Assembly: GCF_030028105.1 (NCBI RefSeq)
Contig: NC_092383.1
Location: 97,549,604-97,613,603 of the forward strand
Reading direction: 5' to 3'
From: Mobula birostris
Lineage: Eukaryota
DNA: 64,000 nucleotides
A program made the translations under genes and the position numbers. Shown here one piece after another: positions 49,290 to 62,299 of this stretch. The notes under the pieces are model-generated. The model had not been told where the DNA came from, made no database searches, and worked only from the letters and a program-made list of their open reading frames with translations. Every line of letters starts with the position of its first letter. The first letter of the stretch is position 1.

Positions 49290-50830
49290 GGGCGGAGGAG
49301 AGGGAGGGGCTTTGGGAATGGGGGGAAAAGGAGGAGGAGAGGAGGGTCTGGGGAGTAGGGAGGAGGAGGGGAGGGTCTGGGGAGTAGGGAGGAGGAGGGG
49401 TGTCTGGGGAGTGGGGAGGGGCTTTGGGAATGGGAGGAGGAGGAGGAGAGGGTCTGGGGGAGTAGGGAGGAGGAGGGGAGGGTCTGGGAGAGTAGGGAGG
49501 AGGAGGGGAGTGTCTGGGGCAGTAGGGAGGAGGAGGGGAGGGTCTGGGTGAGTAGGGAGGAGGAGAGGCCATTCTGGGTGAGTAGGGAGGAGCAGGGGAG
49601 AATCTGGGGGGGAGGAGGAGGGGTGGGTCTGGGGAGAGGGGAGGAGGAGGGGAGGGTCTGGGGAATAGGGAGGAGGAGGGGAGGGTCTAGGAGCAGGGAT
49701 GAGGAGGGGAGTTTCTGGGGGAGCAGGGAGGAGGAGGGGAGGGTCTGGGAGAGTAGTGAGGAGGAGGGGAGGGTCTGGGGGAGTAGGGAAGAGGAGGGGA
49801 GGGTCTGGGGAAGAGGAGGGGATGGTCTGGGGAGTAGGGAGGAGGAGGGGAAGGTCTGGGGAGTAGGGAGGAGGAGGGGAAGGTCTGGGGAGTAGGGAGG
49901 AGCAGGGGAGAGTCTGGGGAGGAGGAGGGGGGGTCTGGGGAGAAGGGAAGTGGAGGGGAGGGTCTGGGGAGTAGGGAGGAGGAGGGGAGTTTCTGGGGGA
50001 GTAGGGAGGAGGAGGGGAGGGTCTGGGAGAGTAGTGAGGAGGAGGAAAGGGTCTGGGGGAATAGAGAGGAGGAAGAGGGTCTGGGAGAGTATGGAGAAGG
50101 AGGGGAGGGTCTGGGGGAGTAGGGGAGGGTCTGAGGAGGAGGAGGGGAGGGTCTAGGGAGTAGGGAGGAGGAGGGAAGGATCTGAGGAGTAGGGAGGAGA
50201 AGGAGAGTGGGGGAGTAGGGAGGAGGAAGGGAGTGTCTAGGAGTAGGGAGGAGGAAGGGAGTGTCTGAGGGAGGAGGAGGGGAGTGTCTGGGGAGTAGAG
50301 GAGGAGGGAAGGGTCTGGGGGAGTAGGGAGGTGGAGGGGACGGTCTGTGTGAATAGGAAGGAGGAGGGGAGGGTCTGGGAGAGCAGGGAGGAGGAGGGGA
50401 GGGTCTGGGGGAGTAGGGAGGAGGAGGGGAGGTTCTGTGAGAGGAAGGTGGAGGAGGGGAGGTTCTGGGAGTAGGGAGGATGAGGGGAGTGTGGGGGAGG
50501 AGGAGGGTAGTGTCTGGGGAGTAGGGAGGAGGAGGGGATGGTCTGGGGGAGTAGGGAGGAGGAGGGGAGTGTGGGGGAGGAGGAGGGGAGTGTCTGGGGA
50601 GTAGGAAGGAGGAGGGGAGTGTCTGGGGAGTAGGAAGGAGGAGGGGAGGGTCTGGGGGAGCAGGGAGGAGGAGGGGAGGGTCTGGGGAGCAGGGAGGAGG
50701 AGGGGAGGGTCTGGGGAGTAGGGAGGAGGAGGGGAGGGTCTGGGGAGCAGGGAGGAGGAGGGGAGGGTCTGGGGAGTAGGGAGGAAGAGGGGAGGGTCTG
50801 GGGGAGCAGGGAGGAGGAGTGGAGGGGCTG
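49290..50830. repeat. Purine/G-rich ~29-30-nt minisatellite
   Basis: Unit ggaggaggaggggagggtctggggagtag and variants, over ~1.5 kb. Confidence 0.95.
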
Positions 50831-50907
50831 AGGCAGTGGATTGGAGGAATGTATATCAATCAGGAAAGGCACTGATGGGGCCTCCTCACCTCTGCTCTCT
50901 GTCTCAG

Positions 50908-51110
50908 AGATCCGATAGTGACACGGCCTTTGAACAGTCGATCTGGTGGAGAACACAGCTCATAGACACCCACTCCATCGGAACAGTGTGTGCTAGATAC
51001 TGCCTCACCTTCCCAGGGCTTCCATCGTTTCCAACTGTTGCTTCAGATTTTCACTCTCTGCTCGAAATATGTAAATATACAATAACATTAAAGAACCATT
51101 CTAAAACCAG
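50908..51110 (+). other. Candidate terminal exon (phase-1 entry gives E-I-R-stop) with 3' UTR
   Basis: Strong acceptor cctcctcacctctgctctctgtctcAG at 50907; ATTAAA at 51087-51092 followed by GT-rich sequence. Confidence 0.45.
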
Positions 51111-52329
51111 TCTTTGGGGTACTGCTTGTCTGTGTCTTTATTGATGCTTTGCTGCACGCTTGAGTGCTCGGTGGGGGGTGCCAATGTGATCATTGCCTTG
51201 CTGCTGCTTATGCATGGGGGGAGATGCAGGGGGTGTTGGAGTTCTAACATTTAACTGTCATTCATTCTTTGGGGCAATCTTTTCGTGGATGTTTGCAAAG
51301 AAAAAGAATTTCAGGATGTATATTTTATACATTTCTCTGACATTAAATGTACCTATTGTAACCTAAAATATTATTCTGTTGTTGGACATTCATGAAGCTG
51401 TAAGGGATTACAGAGTGGGGTAGGGGCCCAGGGGCCAGAGAGGGTTACAAAGATAGGGAGGATGATTCAGTCCTTAGAGTGTTGCTGGAGCTGACCTCAC
51501 CCAGGTAAGTGGAGAGTGTTCCATCACACTCCTGACTTGTTGATGGGGGAAAGGTGTTGGGGTGTGAAGAGATGAGTCACTCCCACAGGATCCCCAGTCT
51601 CTGACCTGCTGCTGTAGACATGGTGTTGATGTGACTGGTCCAGTTGAGGTTCTGTTCAGCGGTGACCCCGGTGTGTTGATGTGACTGGTCCCGTGAGTTT
51701 CTGATCAGTGGTGACCCCATGATGTTGATGTGACTGGTCCCGTGAGTTTCTGGTCAGTTTCAGTGCTGACCCCAGTGTGTTCATGGTGGGAACTGGACAA
51801 TGGGGATGTCAGAGGGAGGTGGTCAGACTCTCTCTTGTTGGAGATGGTCACTGCCTGGTACATGTGTAGTGTGAATGTTACCTGTCACTTCTCAGCCTGT
51901 GTCTGACTGTTGTCCGGGGCTTACTGCATGCAGACGGGCTGCTTCACCTGCTGACGTGTGAATGGAACTGAACATTGTGCAGTCACCAGTGAACATCCCC
52001 ACTTCTGACCTCCATTGACCCTCATTGCACAATAAAGACACCCCAGTCCCACTCTCAAACAACCCCTGGCTCCCAACAACTCCTGATCCCCAAACAATAC
52101 TGCACTTCAATCAGTAACCCTACTGTAAATATAAACCAATATATAAAAAATATCTCGACCCCGAAATGACAATCTCACTGAAAAAAACCACACTCAAGAT
52201 CAATCAACATCCAATCACAATGACATGAACACCTCTGGCGAAAAAAAATCTGCACACAGACAACAATATTCCTCATCCAAGCAACACTTCAACCCCACAA
52301 TAACTTTTATTTATACAGCACTCTTTGTG

Positions 52330-53530
52330 CAGACAATGTAGTTCAAAGTGTTTTACAAGTGCAAACATAAAAATAAAAGACAAGAAGATGTTAGTTAAAA
52401 GTGAGGTTGAATAAATAGGTTTGAAAGTGTCAGCGAGTCTGCATCCCTTTTCATTGTAGGTACTGAGTTCCACAGATAGGCAATGTACTTTAAAAAAGAT
52501 GACCTACCAGTTTTCATTGAAATTCAAGACACCAGCTGAAGAAGACCTGAGAGCTCAAGCAGAATTATAAAACAAAAGCAATTCTGGCATCCTCTGGTCC
52601 CAGACCATTGAGAGCTTTAAAAACAATTTTAAAATCAATTCTAAAAGATACAAGAGCCAATGCAAAATAATTAGGATGGGAGTGATATGCTCTCTCACCC
52701 TGGTTTTAGTTGAAAGTCTAGCAGTGGTGTTCTAAATAAGTTGAAGTTTATCAATAGATAGCATTGGATGGCCAGTAAAAATTGTATTGCTGTAATCTAG
52801 TCTATTTAATGTAAGGGTGTGAATTAGTTTTCCAGCATCATTACGATACAGAAATGGATGTTCCTTTGCAATGTTTCCAAGTGTAGAAATGCTGCTCTGG
52901 TCATTTTCTTTATGCGGGATTGAATCTGCAAATCTGAATCAAGGAAGACTCCCAGATTTGTTACTTCTGATTTTACAAGGGGAGCCAAGTTCCCAAGTTT
53001 ATGAAGAAGTTTATCTCTTTTGGCTCTGGGACCAACCAGAAATATTTCAGTTTTATCTTCATTTAGTTTCAGGAAATTATTGCTCATACTTTTGTTTATT
53101 GAAGCTGTATCAGAAGTCAAAGATAGGGTGTTATCGTCAGGCTCGACTGAGAGAGACAATTGTGGAAATCAAGTTTACGCTCTCTGATGATGTCGCCTGA
53201 GGGGAGGATGTACAAGGAGAAGAGTAGGGGACCAAGGCGGCTTCCCTGAGCACCAAAAGCTACATCGTATCTCTTAGAGAAATGGTCTCAAAGACAGACA
53301 ATTAATTTTCTTTCTGAGATACATTAAGGGCAACACCAGTGAGGTGAACCCAGTTCTCAAGGTGATCTCAGAGAATGTTATGATCAATTGGGTTGAAGGC
53401 AGCACTGAAAGTAGATTGAGGAGAATAAGAACTAAGACCCTGTCAGCATCAGTGCTGAGCCGAAGGTCACAGACAATTTTGGTGAGGGCTGTCTCCACCC
53501 AGTGGTTTGCTCTGAAACCTCTCTAGAGTG
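52330..53530 (-). mobile_element. L2 LINE fragment
   Basis: ETALTKIVCDL...LILLNL; FLKLNEDKTEIFLVG...TNLGVFLDSDL. Confidence 0.8.
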
Positions 53531-53679
53531 TTGTCCTCATCCAGAACGTTGTTTAGTTAGTTGAAAATGACAACACCCTCATCCCAAACGACAACCCACC
53601 GAAAAAAGACTTTGATACCGAGATAGAGGCAGCTCACGGTTTCTATGGAGATCTCTTTCTTTATTATTGCACAGGCAGA

Positions 53680-55990
53680 TCAGTGAGAATGGAACCCAAG
53701 GAAGTGGCTTGCCCCTCCTGTACAATGTGGGAAGTCAGGCTAAGCTCCAGTGTCCCTAATGATCACATTTGCAAGAAGTGCACTTGGGTGCAGCTTCTTA
53801 CAGACTACGTTAGGGAAATGGAGCTGGAACTGGATGAGCTGCGGATCATTCGGGAGACAGAGAAGTTGCTTGATTAAGCATTACAGGGAGGCAGTCTTAC
53901 CTATGTTGCCAGATGCACGTAACTGGGTGACCGTCAGGAGAGTGAAAGGGAAAAATATTGAGGACCAGTGATCGAATGTTATGTTGAAGTTGAAGAAGAC
54001 ATTGGTGAGGCCTACCTACAGGAAAGATGTAACTGAGGTTGAAAGAGTACAGAAAAATATTACAAGGATGTTGCCAGGTGTGGATGATCTGAATTATAAG
54101 GAAAGATTGAATAGGTTAGGACTTTATTCACTGGTATGTAGAAGATTGAGAGGAGATTTGATACAGGTATACAAAATGATGAGGAGTATGGATAGAGTAA
54201 ATGTAAGCAGGCTCCCTATAGTGAGATTGGGTGGGACTACAACCGGAGGTCATAGGTTAAAGGTGAAAGGTTTAACAGGAACATGAGGGGAAACCTTTTC
54301 ACTCAGAGGGTTGTGAGAGTGTGGAAGCACAAGTGGTGCATATGAGCTTGATTTCACTGTTACTGTGAAGTTTGAATTGACACATAGGTAGACATATGGA
54401 GGACTATGGTCCCATCAAACATAGACATCGATAGCACATCATATGACTTTCTGCCCACAATGTTGTGCTGATCATGTAACCTACACTAGAAACTGCCTAG
54501 AATTTCCTTGCTGAATAACCCTCTATTTTTCTCAACTCAGGGTACCTATCTAAGAGTTTCTCAAAAGACCCTATTCTATCCACCTCAACCACCATCACTG
54601 GCAGTGCATTCCACGCACCCACCACTCTCTATGTGGTTACTTCTGACATCCCCCTTGCACCTACTTCCATGCAACTTAAAGCTATGCTCCTTTTTGTTAG
54701 GCATTTCGGCCCTGGGAAAAAGCCTCTGGATATCCCGGCAATCATTGCCTCTCATCATCTATCAGGTCACCTCTCCTCCGTCGCTACAAGGAGAAAAGGC
54801 CAAGTTCGCTGAAACTATTCTCATAAGGCATGCTCTCCAATCCAGTCAACATCCTTGTAAATCTCCTCCGCACTCTCTATAAATATCCACACTTTTCCTG
54901 TAGTGAGGTGACCAGGGATAAGACACAGTCCTCCAAGTGGAGTCTAACTAAGTTGGGTTGTGGGATAGGTCAGTGGGAATAGGCGGTTTAACTGCTTTTT
55001 GCATGGACGACTTGGGCCAAAGGGGTGTTCTGTGCTGTACTTTTCTATGACTGCATGAATAATCATTGTGGGTGTTCCTGTCAATGAAACGCATACTGTT
55101 CTGGATACTATTGGACTCTGTTATAGAGGAAAGCCACAGCAGTCTGGTCTCTGGCAACGTCTACTTCTGTGGCTCCGGAGAGAAGGTGGGAGAAGAGGTG
55201 AACAGTGGTGATAGAGGATTCACTGGTTAAAGGGACAGAAGAGATTCTGTGGATGAAAACATGTCTAACAGATGTTATGTTGCCTTCCAGGTGCCAGGGT
55301 CAGAGACATCACTGAGTCCGTTGCATTCTTAACAGGAAAGGTGAGGAGCCAGAAGTCAGGGTCCACATCAGTACCAGTCACAGAGGCAGGAAGGGTGATG
55401 AACTCCTGTAAAGTGCATTCAGGGAGTGAAGTGCTACGTTAAAGGACTCTTGCCACATGCTGGTGAGGCCAGAACTAGGAGGACAATGTGGCTAAAGAGA
55501 TGGTGCAGCAGGAGGAATTCAGATACTTGGATCATTGGATTCTCTTCCAAAGTTTAAAGTAAATTTGTTATCAAAGTACATAGCTGTCACCATATACAAA
55601 CCTGAGATTGATTTTCTTGTGGGTGTTCACAATAAATCCAAAAAACACGATAGAATCAATAAAAGATAGCACCCAACAGGAAGGACAAATACCAATGTGC
55701 AAAGGACATCAAATTATACAAATACCAAAGGAAAAATAAATAAATAAGCAATAAATATTGAGAACATGAGATGAAGAGTCTTAAAAGTGGGTCCATAGAT
55801 TGTGGCAACAGCCCAGTGACAGTGCACGAGAATGATCTGAAGGTTGAAAGGGTTAATATATGATGAGTGTGTGCTTGTACTGGCTGCAGTTTAGAAGAAT
55901 GCAGGGGGATCTCATTGAAATTAATCAAATATTGAAAGGTGTGGATAGAGTGGATGTGAAGTGGATGTTTCCTATCAGGGTTGTGAGCAT
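53680..55990. mobile_element. Cluster of CR1 pieces: ORF1 Cys-rich/coil segment (53683-53960), 3' ends (53975-54400 +, 54420-54950 -), ORF1 esterase-like segment (~55090-55540), others
   Basis: VACPSCTMW...HICKKC...EMELELDELRIIRETE; YSLVCRRLRGDLIQVYK; a CCLPGARVRD-like segment. Confidence 0.7.
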
Positions 55991-56108
55991 AGAACACCAC
56001 AATCTCACATTTACCTCCAATACAGAATACAGCCCTCAGCTACTCAATTTTGTTCTCCAGCAACTAGAGATTTACTAACAAGATGCTGGGTCAAGGGAGT
56101 CTCATTCC

Positions 56109-56326
56109 CAAAGAAGAGAAAATCTGCAGATACTGGAAATGCAAGTAACACACACACAAAATGCTGGAGGAACTCAGCAGGCCAGGCAGCACCTGTGGAA
56201 AAGAGTTGTCGACGTTTTGGGCTGAGACCCTTCACACAATCTTGCTGAAGGGTTTCAGCTCGAAATGTTGACTGTACTCTTTTCCATAGATGCAGCCTGG
56301 CCTGCCGAGTTCTTCCAGCATTTTAT
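56109..56326. mobile_element. Older fold-back Penelope-derived insertion with degenerate hammerheads
   Basis: Inverted arms ~56153-56234 and ~56245-56326; flanks gggagtctcattcc (56095-56108) and gggggtctcattcc (56327-56340). Confidence 0.7.
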
Positions 56327-56779
56327 GGGGGTCTCATTCCTTTGTGTTTCAGCCTGGCTTGGAGTGCCACCCACCTGCCTAGCTTCCAGCCACTGAAATT
56401 AACCTTCACCCACTTAATGGTTCCACACCTGCCAGCTTGAGAGTTAAGTCTCCAAGTCCTTTAGAAGGTTGTGAAATCTGTAGTTCATTAAATCCAATCT
56501 AAAATTACATTGCTTAAAGGTAAATTGCATGCTGCAGGTTGCAGTGAGAGTAATTCAAAAGAGGTATGCTTATAAATATTGCACTATGGAAATATACTTG
56601 TAGTAACAAAATGGTATTCTATTGTCTGGAACAAAATTTTACCGAGTGCTTTGCTAATAGTGTTGGTGCAACATTGTGGTGGTGGACCTTGAGTACGGTA
56701 TATGGAAACCTGCAGAAAGACAAGCAGATAAGGAACCAAGTGAAGTATGACGATCTTGGATGGAAAGGAAATTACGGGG

Positions 56780-57262
56780 CATGATATAAGAACTGCTTGG
56801 CCCAGATACCATTTAGAAAAAGCTATTCAGAAACTGACATAAACCTACATGGACGAGATTTATTATGTAAAATGAGAGCTACAATTACCTGCACTCCCGA
56901 GGGACATAATGTGCGTATATCAGAGAGCCATGACTCGGCTGGAAGTCTTTCCCCCAGGTTGAAGAGGAGTTTGATGGATTGTGTCAATCAAACATGATAT
57001 GTCCCTGGTTTATCACAAACAGTAAATCAGGTTTTAAATGTTTGAAATGTACTTTACAAAATCTAGAAAAACCAGTGAAGGTGGGAGGATCTCATACACC
57101 ACCCTCCAATGGATTGTTCGTGCATTTACAGATGAATACTGCAGAATTACCTACGCGTGAAGGATATACATACGTATTGGTCATTCTGAGTGCTTTTTCA
57201 TGGTGGGTTGACGCATTTCTTTTTTCGAAAGAATCATACAGTCACAGAAGCTAACTGTTTAA
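56780..57262 (+). mobile_element. ERV pol remnant: protease C-terminus joined to integrase N-terminal half
   Basis: INLHGRDLLCKMRATI; CLKCTLQNLEKPVKVGGSHTPPSNGLFVHLQM...YTYVLVILSAFSWWVDAF. Confidence 0.72.
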
Positions 57263-57264
57263 TA

Positions 57265-58830
57265 GAAACATAGAAAGCATACAGCACAATATAAGCCCTT
57301 CAAACACAAAGCTATGCCGAACATGTCCCTACCTTAGAACTACCTAGGCTTAACCCATATCCCTCTATTTTTCTAAGCTCCCATGTATTCATCCAGGAAT
57401 CTCTGAAAAGACCCTTTCGTTTCTGCCTCCACCACCATTGCCAGCAGCCCATTCCACGCACTCACCACTCTCTGCATAAAAAACTTACCCCTGACATCTC
57501 CTCTGCACCTCCTTCCAAGCACCTTAAAACTATGCCCTCTCACGCTAGCCATTTCAGCCCTGGGGAAAAGCCTCTGACTATTCACACGATCAACGCATCT
57601 CATTATCTCTATCAGGTCACCTCTCATACTCTATCGCTCGAAGGAGAAGAGGCCGAGTTCACTCAACCTATTCTGATAAGGCATGCTCCCGAATACAGTC
57701 AACATCCTTGTAAGTCTCCTCTGCACCTTTTCTTTGGTTTCCAGGTCCTTCCTGTAGTGAGGCGACCAGAATTGAGCACAGTACTCCAAGTGGGGTAGAC
57801 CAGGGTCTTATATAGCTGCAACATTACCTCTCAGCTTTTAAACTCAATCCCACAATTGATGAAGGCCAATGCACCATATGACTTCTTAACCACAGAGTCA
57901 ACCTGCACATCAGCTTTGAGTGTCCTATGGACTCGGACCGCAAAAGCCCTCTGATGCTCCACACTGCCAGGAGTCTTACCATTAATGCTATATTCTGTCA
58001 TCATATTTGACCTACCAAAATGAACCACCTCACACATCTGGGTTGAACTCCATCTGCCACTTCTCAGCCCAGTTTTGCATCCTATCAATGTCCCGTTGTA
58101 ACCTCTGACAGCCCTCCACAACACCCCCAACATTTGTGTCATTAGCAAATTTACTAACCCATCCCTTCACTTCCTCATCCAGGTCACTTATAAAAATCAA
58201 CAAGAATAGGCGTCCCAGAACAGATCCTTGAGGCACACCACTGGTCATCGGCCTCCATGCAGGTATGACACATCTACAACCACTCTTTGCCTTCTGTGGT
58301 CAAGCCAGTTCTGGATCCACAAAGCAATGTCCCCTTGTATCCCATGCCTCCTTACTTTCTCAATAAGCCTTGCATAGGGTACCTTATCAAACGCCTTGTT
58401 GAAATCCATATACACTACATCTACGGCTATACCTTCATCAATGTGGTTAGTCACATCCTCAAAAAATTCAATCAGGCTCGTAAGGGACGACCTGCCTTTG
58501 ACAAAGCCATGCTGACTATTCCTAATCATAATATGCCTCTCTAAATGTTCATAAATCCTGCCTCTCAGTATCTTTTCCATCAACTTACCAACCACTGAAG
58601 TTAGACTCACTTGCTTATAATTTCCTGGGCTACCTCTACTCCCTTTCTTGAATAAGGGAACAACATCCGCAAACCTCCAATCTTCCAGAACCTGTCCTGT
58701 CCTCATTGATGATGCGAAGATATTTGCCAGAGGCTCAGCAATCTCCTCCCTCACTTCCCACAGTAGCCTAGGGTACATCCCATCCAGTCCCGGTGACTTA
58801 TCCAACCTGATGCTTTCCTCTTTCAATTTT
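57265..58830 (-). mobile_element. CR1 LINE, 5'-truncated
   Basis: KSPGLDGMYPRLL...QHGFVKGRS...[12 protein letters not shown] (ORF 58245-58826). Confidence 0.92.
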
Positions 58831-58834
58831 TTTT

Positions 58835-60120
58835 TCGATTATGAGGACACTCAGTCCTCGTTTATTGTCATTTAGAAATGCATGCATAAAAAAGTGATAC
58901 AATGTTCCTCCAGAATGATGTCACAAGAAATACAGGACAAACCAAGACTAAAACTGACAAAACCACATAATGAAACATACAGTTACAACAGTGCAAAGCA
59001 ATACCATAATTTGATAAGAGCAGACCATGGGCATGATAAAAAAAAGTCTCAAACTCCCGATAGCCTCATTATCGCACGCAGACGGCAGAAGGGAGAAACT
59101 CTCCCTGCCATGAACCTCCAAGCGCCGCAAACTTGCAGATGCAGCACCATTGGAAGCACCCGATCGCAGCGGACTCTGAGTCCGTCCGAAAACTTCGAGC
59201 CTCCAACCAGCCCTTCAACACCGAGCACCGAGCACCATCCTCTGCTGATCGCTTTGACCCTGCCGCGGCCGCCGAGCAACAAGCAAAGCCGAGGACTCAA
59301 GGCCTTCCCCTCCGGAGATCTCGGACCACATAGTAGCAGCAATAGCGAAGCAGGCATTTCAGAAGTTTCACCAGATGTTCCTCCATGCTCTCATGTCCGT
59401 CTCCATCAAATCAAGATTGTGCACGGCACCCTACTTGAAAAATAACAGACATCACCACTGGAGTGGCCGCTGTGAGCTACCTCGAACCAGCTTCTCCTCT
59501 CCTCAAGAGTATGGGAGGAGAAGATGTCAGCACAACGCAGCGCACGCAGCTCTCCGGTGAAATGATATCGTATCTGTAAGTAGGATGCCGTGCACAATTC
59601 TGATTTGATGGAGGCAGACGTGAGAAGCAGAGGAACATCTGGAGAAATTTCTGAAATGCCCGGTTTGCTGCCGCTGCTACTGTGTGATCGAGAATCTCCA
59701 GAGGGAAGGCCCCAAAATCCCCGGCTTTGCCTGCTGCTGGCGGCCGAGGCTGAGGTCGAACCGTTTGGCAGAGATGGTTCTCGGTACTCAGTGTCGGAGG
59801 GCTGATCAGAGCTCGCAGTTTTCGGACGACTCAGAGTTGGACTGTGGTCGGGAGAGTTTTCTTCCTTCTCCCGTCTGCATGAGATTTGGGACATTCAAGA
59901 GACTTTGAACTTTTTTACTGTGCCATGGCCTCTTCTTCATTAAGTTATGGTACTCTTGCACTGTTGTAACTGTATGTTATAATTATGTGGTTTTTCTTAG
60001 TTTTTCAGTCTTGGTCTGTCCTGTGTTTCTGCGATATCACACCGGAGGAATATTGTATCATTTCTTAATGCATGAATTACTAAATGACAATAAAAGAAGA
60101 CTGCATGTCCTCATCATCTA
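58835..60120. mobile_element. Head-to-head pair of ~650-bp non-autonomous retroelements (58835-59480 -, 59530-60120 +)
   Basis: Mutually inverted homology; both match 10945-11630. Confidence 0.7.
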
Positions 60121-60124
60121 ATAA

Positions 60125-61430
60125 TCTAAATTATTTGTATTATTATATAAATTGCATAAATACGAATACAAAAATTCATAAGGATACAATACAAATTATA
60201 TTCATTTAAATCACAGTAATATGATCACAGTATCCCATATTCCAAATCAATCATGTAGAAAAAAAGATTGAATTATAAAATGAGATAAAATAATAGTTGT
60301 ATTTTATTTAAAACATCTACCCCCACTACCAAAATGAACTGGTTGGTTAAAAAAAAAACCTGACCATATAATATTATAATAATAATGGCACAGATCCATA
60401 CTTTAATAAGAGTTCAAAGAGTATGAAAATAACTCAGAAAGGGTCCTCATGACATTAGAAAATCACGTTTAGAATCAGAAATTGAACAACGAATCTTCTC
60501 TAGATCAAGGCGTAACATAATGTCAGATAGCCATTGAACATGAGTGGGCGGGGCGGCCTCCTTCCACTCGAGCAAGATCACCCTCCTGGCCATAAGAGAC
60601 ATAAAGACCAATATCAGCAAACTGGATGGCTTCAGTTTTGTAGTATTATCCTCAACAATACCAAACATGGCAGTCACAAGGGATCGGGCTTAAAACTTTA
60701 TTGAAAAGTACAGAAGAAGTTTGAAATACATCTTTCCAATATTTTTCAAGGTTCGGACATATCCAAAACATATGAATTGGTGTGGCCACTCCATTAGTAC
60801 ATCTATCACAGTAGAGAGAAATATCCACATAGAAACAAGAGAGCTTGTCTTCAGACATATGAACTCTATGTACCGCTTTGAATTGTAATAAAGAATGACG
60901 AGCGCATAATGATGAAGAATTAATCAATTTTAAAATAATCTTCCAGCTTTCTTCAGATATGAAAATCTGCAAATCCTTTCCCCAATCTCCTTTAATTTTA
61001 TCTAAAGAGGCCTTTTTCAGTCCCAACAGCAGACCGTAAATGTAAGATATTGAACCATTGTCAAAGGGTTTTGATTAAAAATTGTATCTATTATATTCTT
61101 ATCTGGACGTAGGAAATGTTTGTGATTGAGATCTTAAAAAATCTGTAATCTGTAAGTATGGAAAAAAGTGGGTATTGGAAAGGTTAAATTTTGTTGAAAG
61201 TTGGACAAAAGAAGAGCGATTCCCTCCATCAAAAAAATCTTGAAGTTGTTTAATACCCAATCTATCTCATTCTTTAAACGACAAGTCAATTAAAGATGGT
61301 ATTAAAAACAATTAGAAAAGTTGGGACTTGACAGGGAGAATCACAATAAACCAAAATATTTTCAAAACCAAATCCTCAAAGTGTGTTTGATCACCACATT
61401 GTCAGTTAGTTTATTTAAAGATAATGGAAA
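60125..61430 (-). mobile_element. L1/Tx1-clade LINE 3' part, same family as 10771-15482
   Basis: YCDRCTNGVATPIHMFWICPNLEKYW; WKEAAPPTHVQWLSDIM. Confidence 0.88.
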
Positions 61431-61800
61431 TGTGATGCTTTCCAAAAGCTCCAGCCCATCCTCTTCCTTAATATCTACACTCTCAAACTTTTCAGTGCAC
61501 TGCACATCATCCCTACAATCAGCAAGATACTTTTCCATCATGAATACTGAAGCAAAGTATTCATTAAGTACCTCCACTACCTCCTCCGGTTCCATACCCA
61601 CTTTTCCACTGTCACACTTGATTGGTCCTATTCTCTCATGTCTGAATGCTCTTGCTCTTCATATACTTGTGGAATGCCTTGGGGTTTTCCTTAATCTTGT
61701 CCACCAATGCCTTCTCATGGCCCCTTCTGGCTCTCCTAATTTCATTCTTAAGCTCCTTCCTGCTAGCCTTATAATCTTCTAGGTTTTATCATTATCTAGA
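61431..61800 (-). mobile_element. CR1 fragment
   Basis: EVVEVLNEYFASVF...DIKEEDGLELLES. Confidence 0.7.
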
Positions 61801-62010
61801 TTTTGGAAGTGATTCATCCTGAGGTTCGGGATACCTTGGAAACCGTCTCGTGACAACGGTACACACGTTATGGGAAGGTAATGGGAGAAGTATGTAAGGC
61901 CTCAGAGATTGATCAACATTTCCATTGTTGCTCCCATCCTCAGTCGGCAGGCTTAGTAGAAAGGGTGAATGGTATAGATAAAATAAGCTGAGTAAAATGT
62001 GTGGCCGATT
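61801..62010 (+). mobile_element. ERV integrase catalytic core (continuation of 56980-57262)
   Basis: RFGIP...SRDNGTHVMGKVMGEVCKASEIDQHFHCCSHPQSAGLVERVNG. Confidence 0.75.
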
Positions 62011-62299
62011 GAAAGTTAACAAGGCGAGTGAAGTTCTTTTTAATCGAAAGGTACACCAAACATGCATAAAACTCTAAAACCAGCATGTTAGAGACAGTGA
62101 AAAATTTGAAGAGCAAATCTCTGCATTAACTGAATGAGCGAAAGAACACTGTGGGTCAATGGATATGCTTTGTATGAAATTTCAAAATGAAAAACAAAAC
62201 GTGAAAGCATAGCCAGCCAGTGACGCCTTGGGAGGATGATGGTGGTGATGTGACTGCTGTCGCTCTGTCTGGGAAGCCCCGTGTCCTGGGTTCTAGGGG

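Noticed and set aside
49290-50830. Ig class-switch-like region
   Set aside because: G-rich but essentially lacks AGCT hotspots, and no constant-region exons follow.
49123-50956. Extensin-like SPPPPY ORFs on the minus strand
   Set aside because: Artefact of the G-rich minisatellite.
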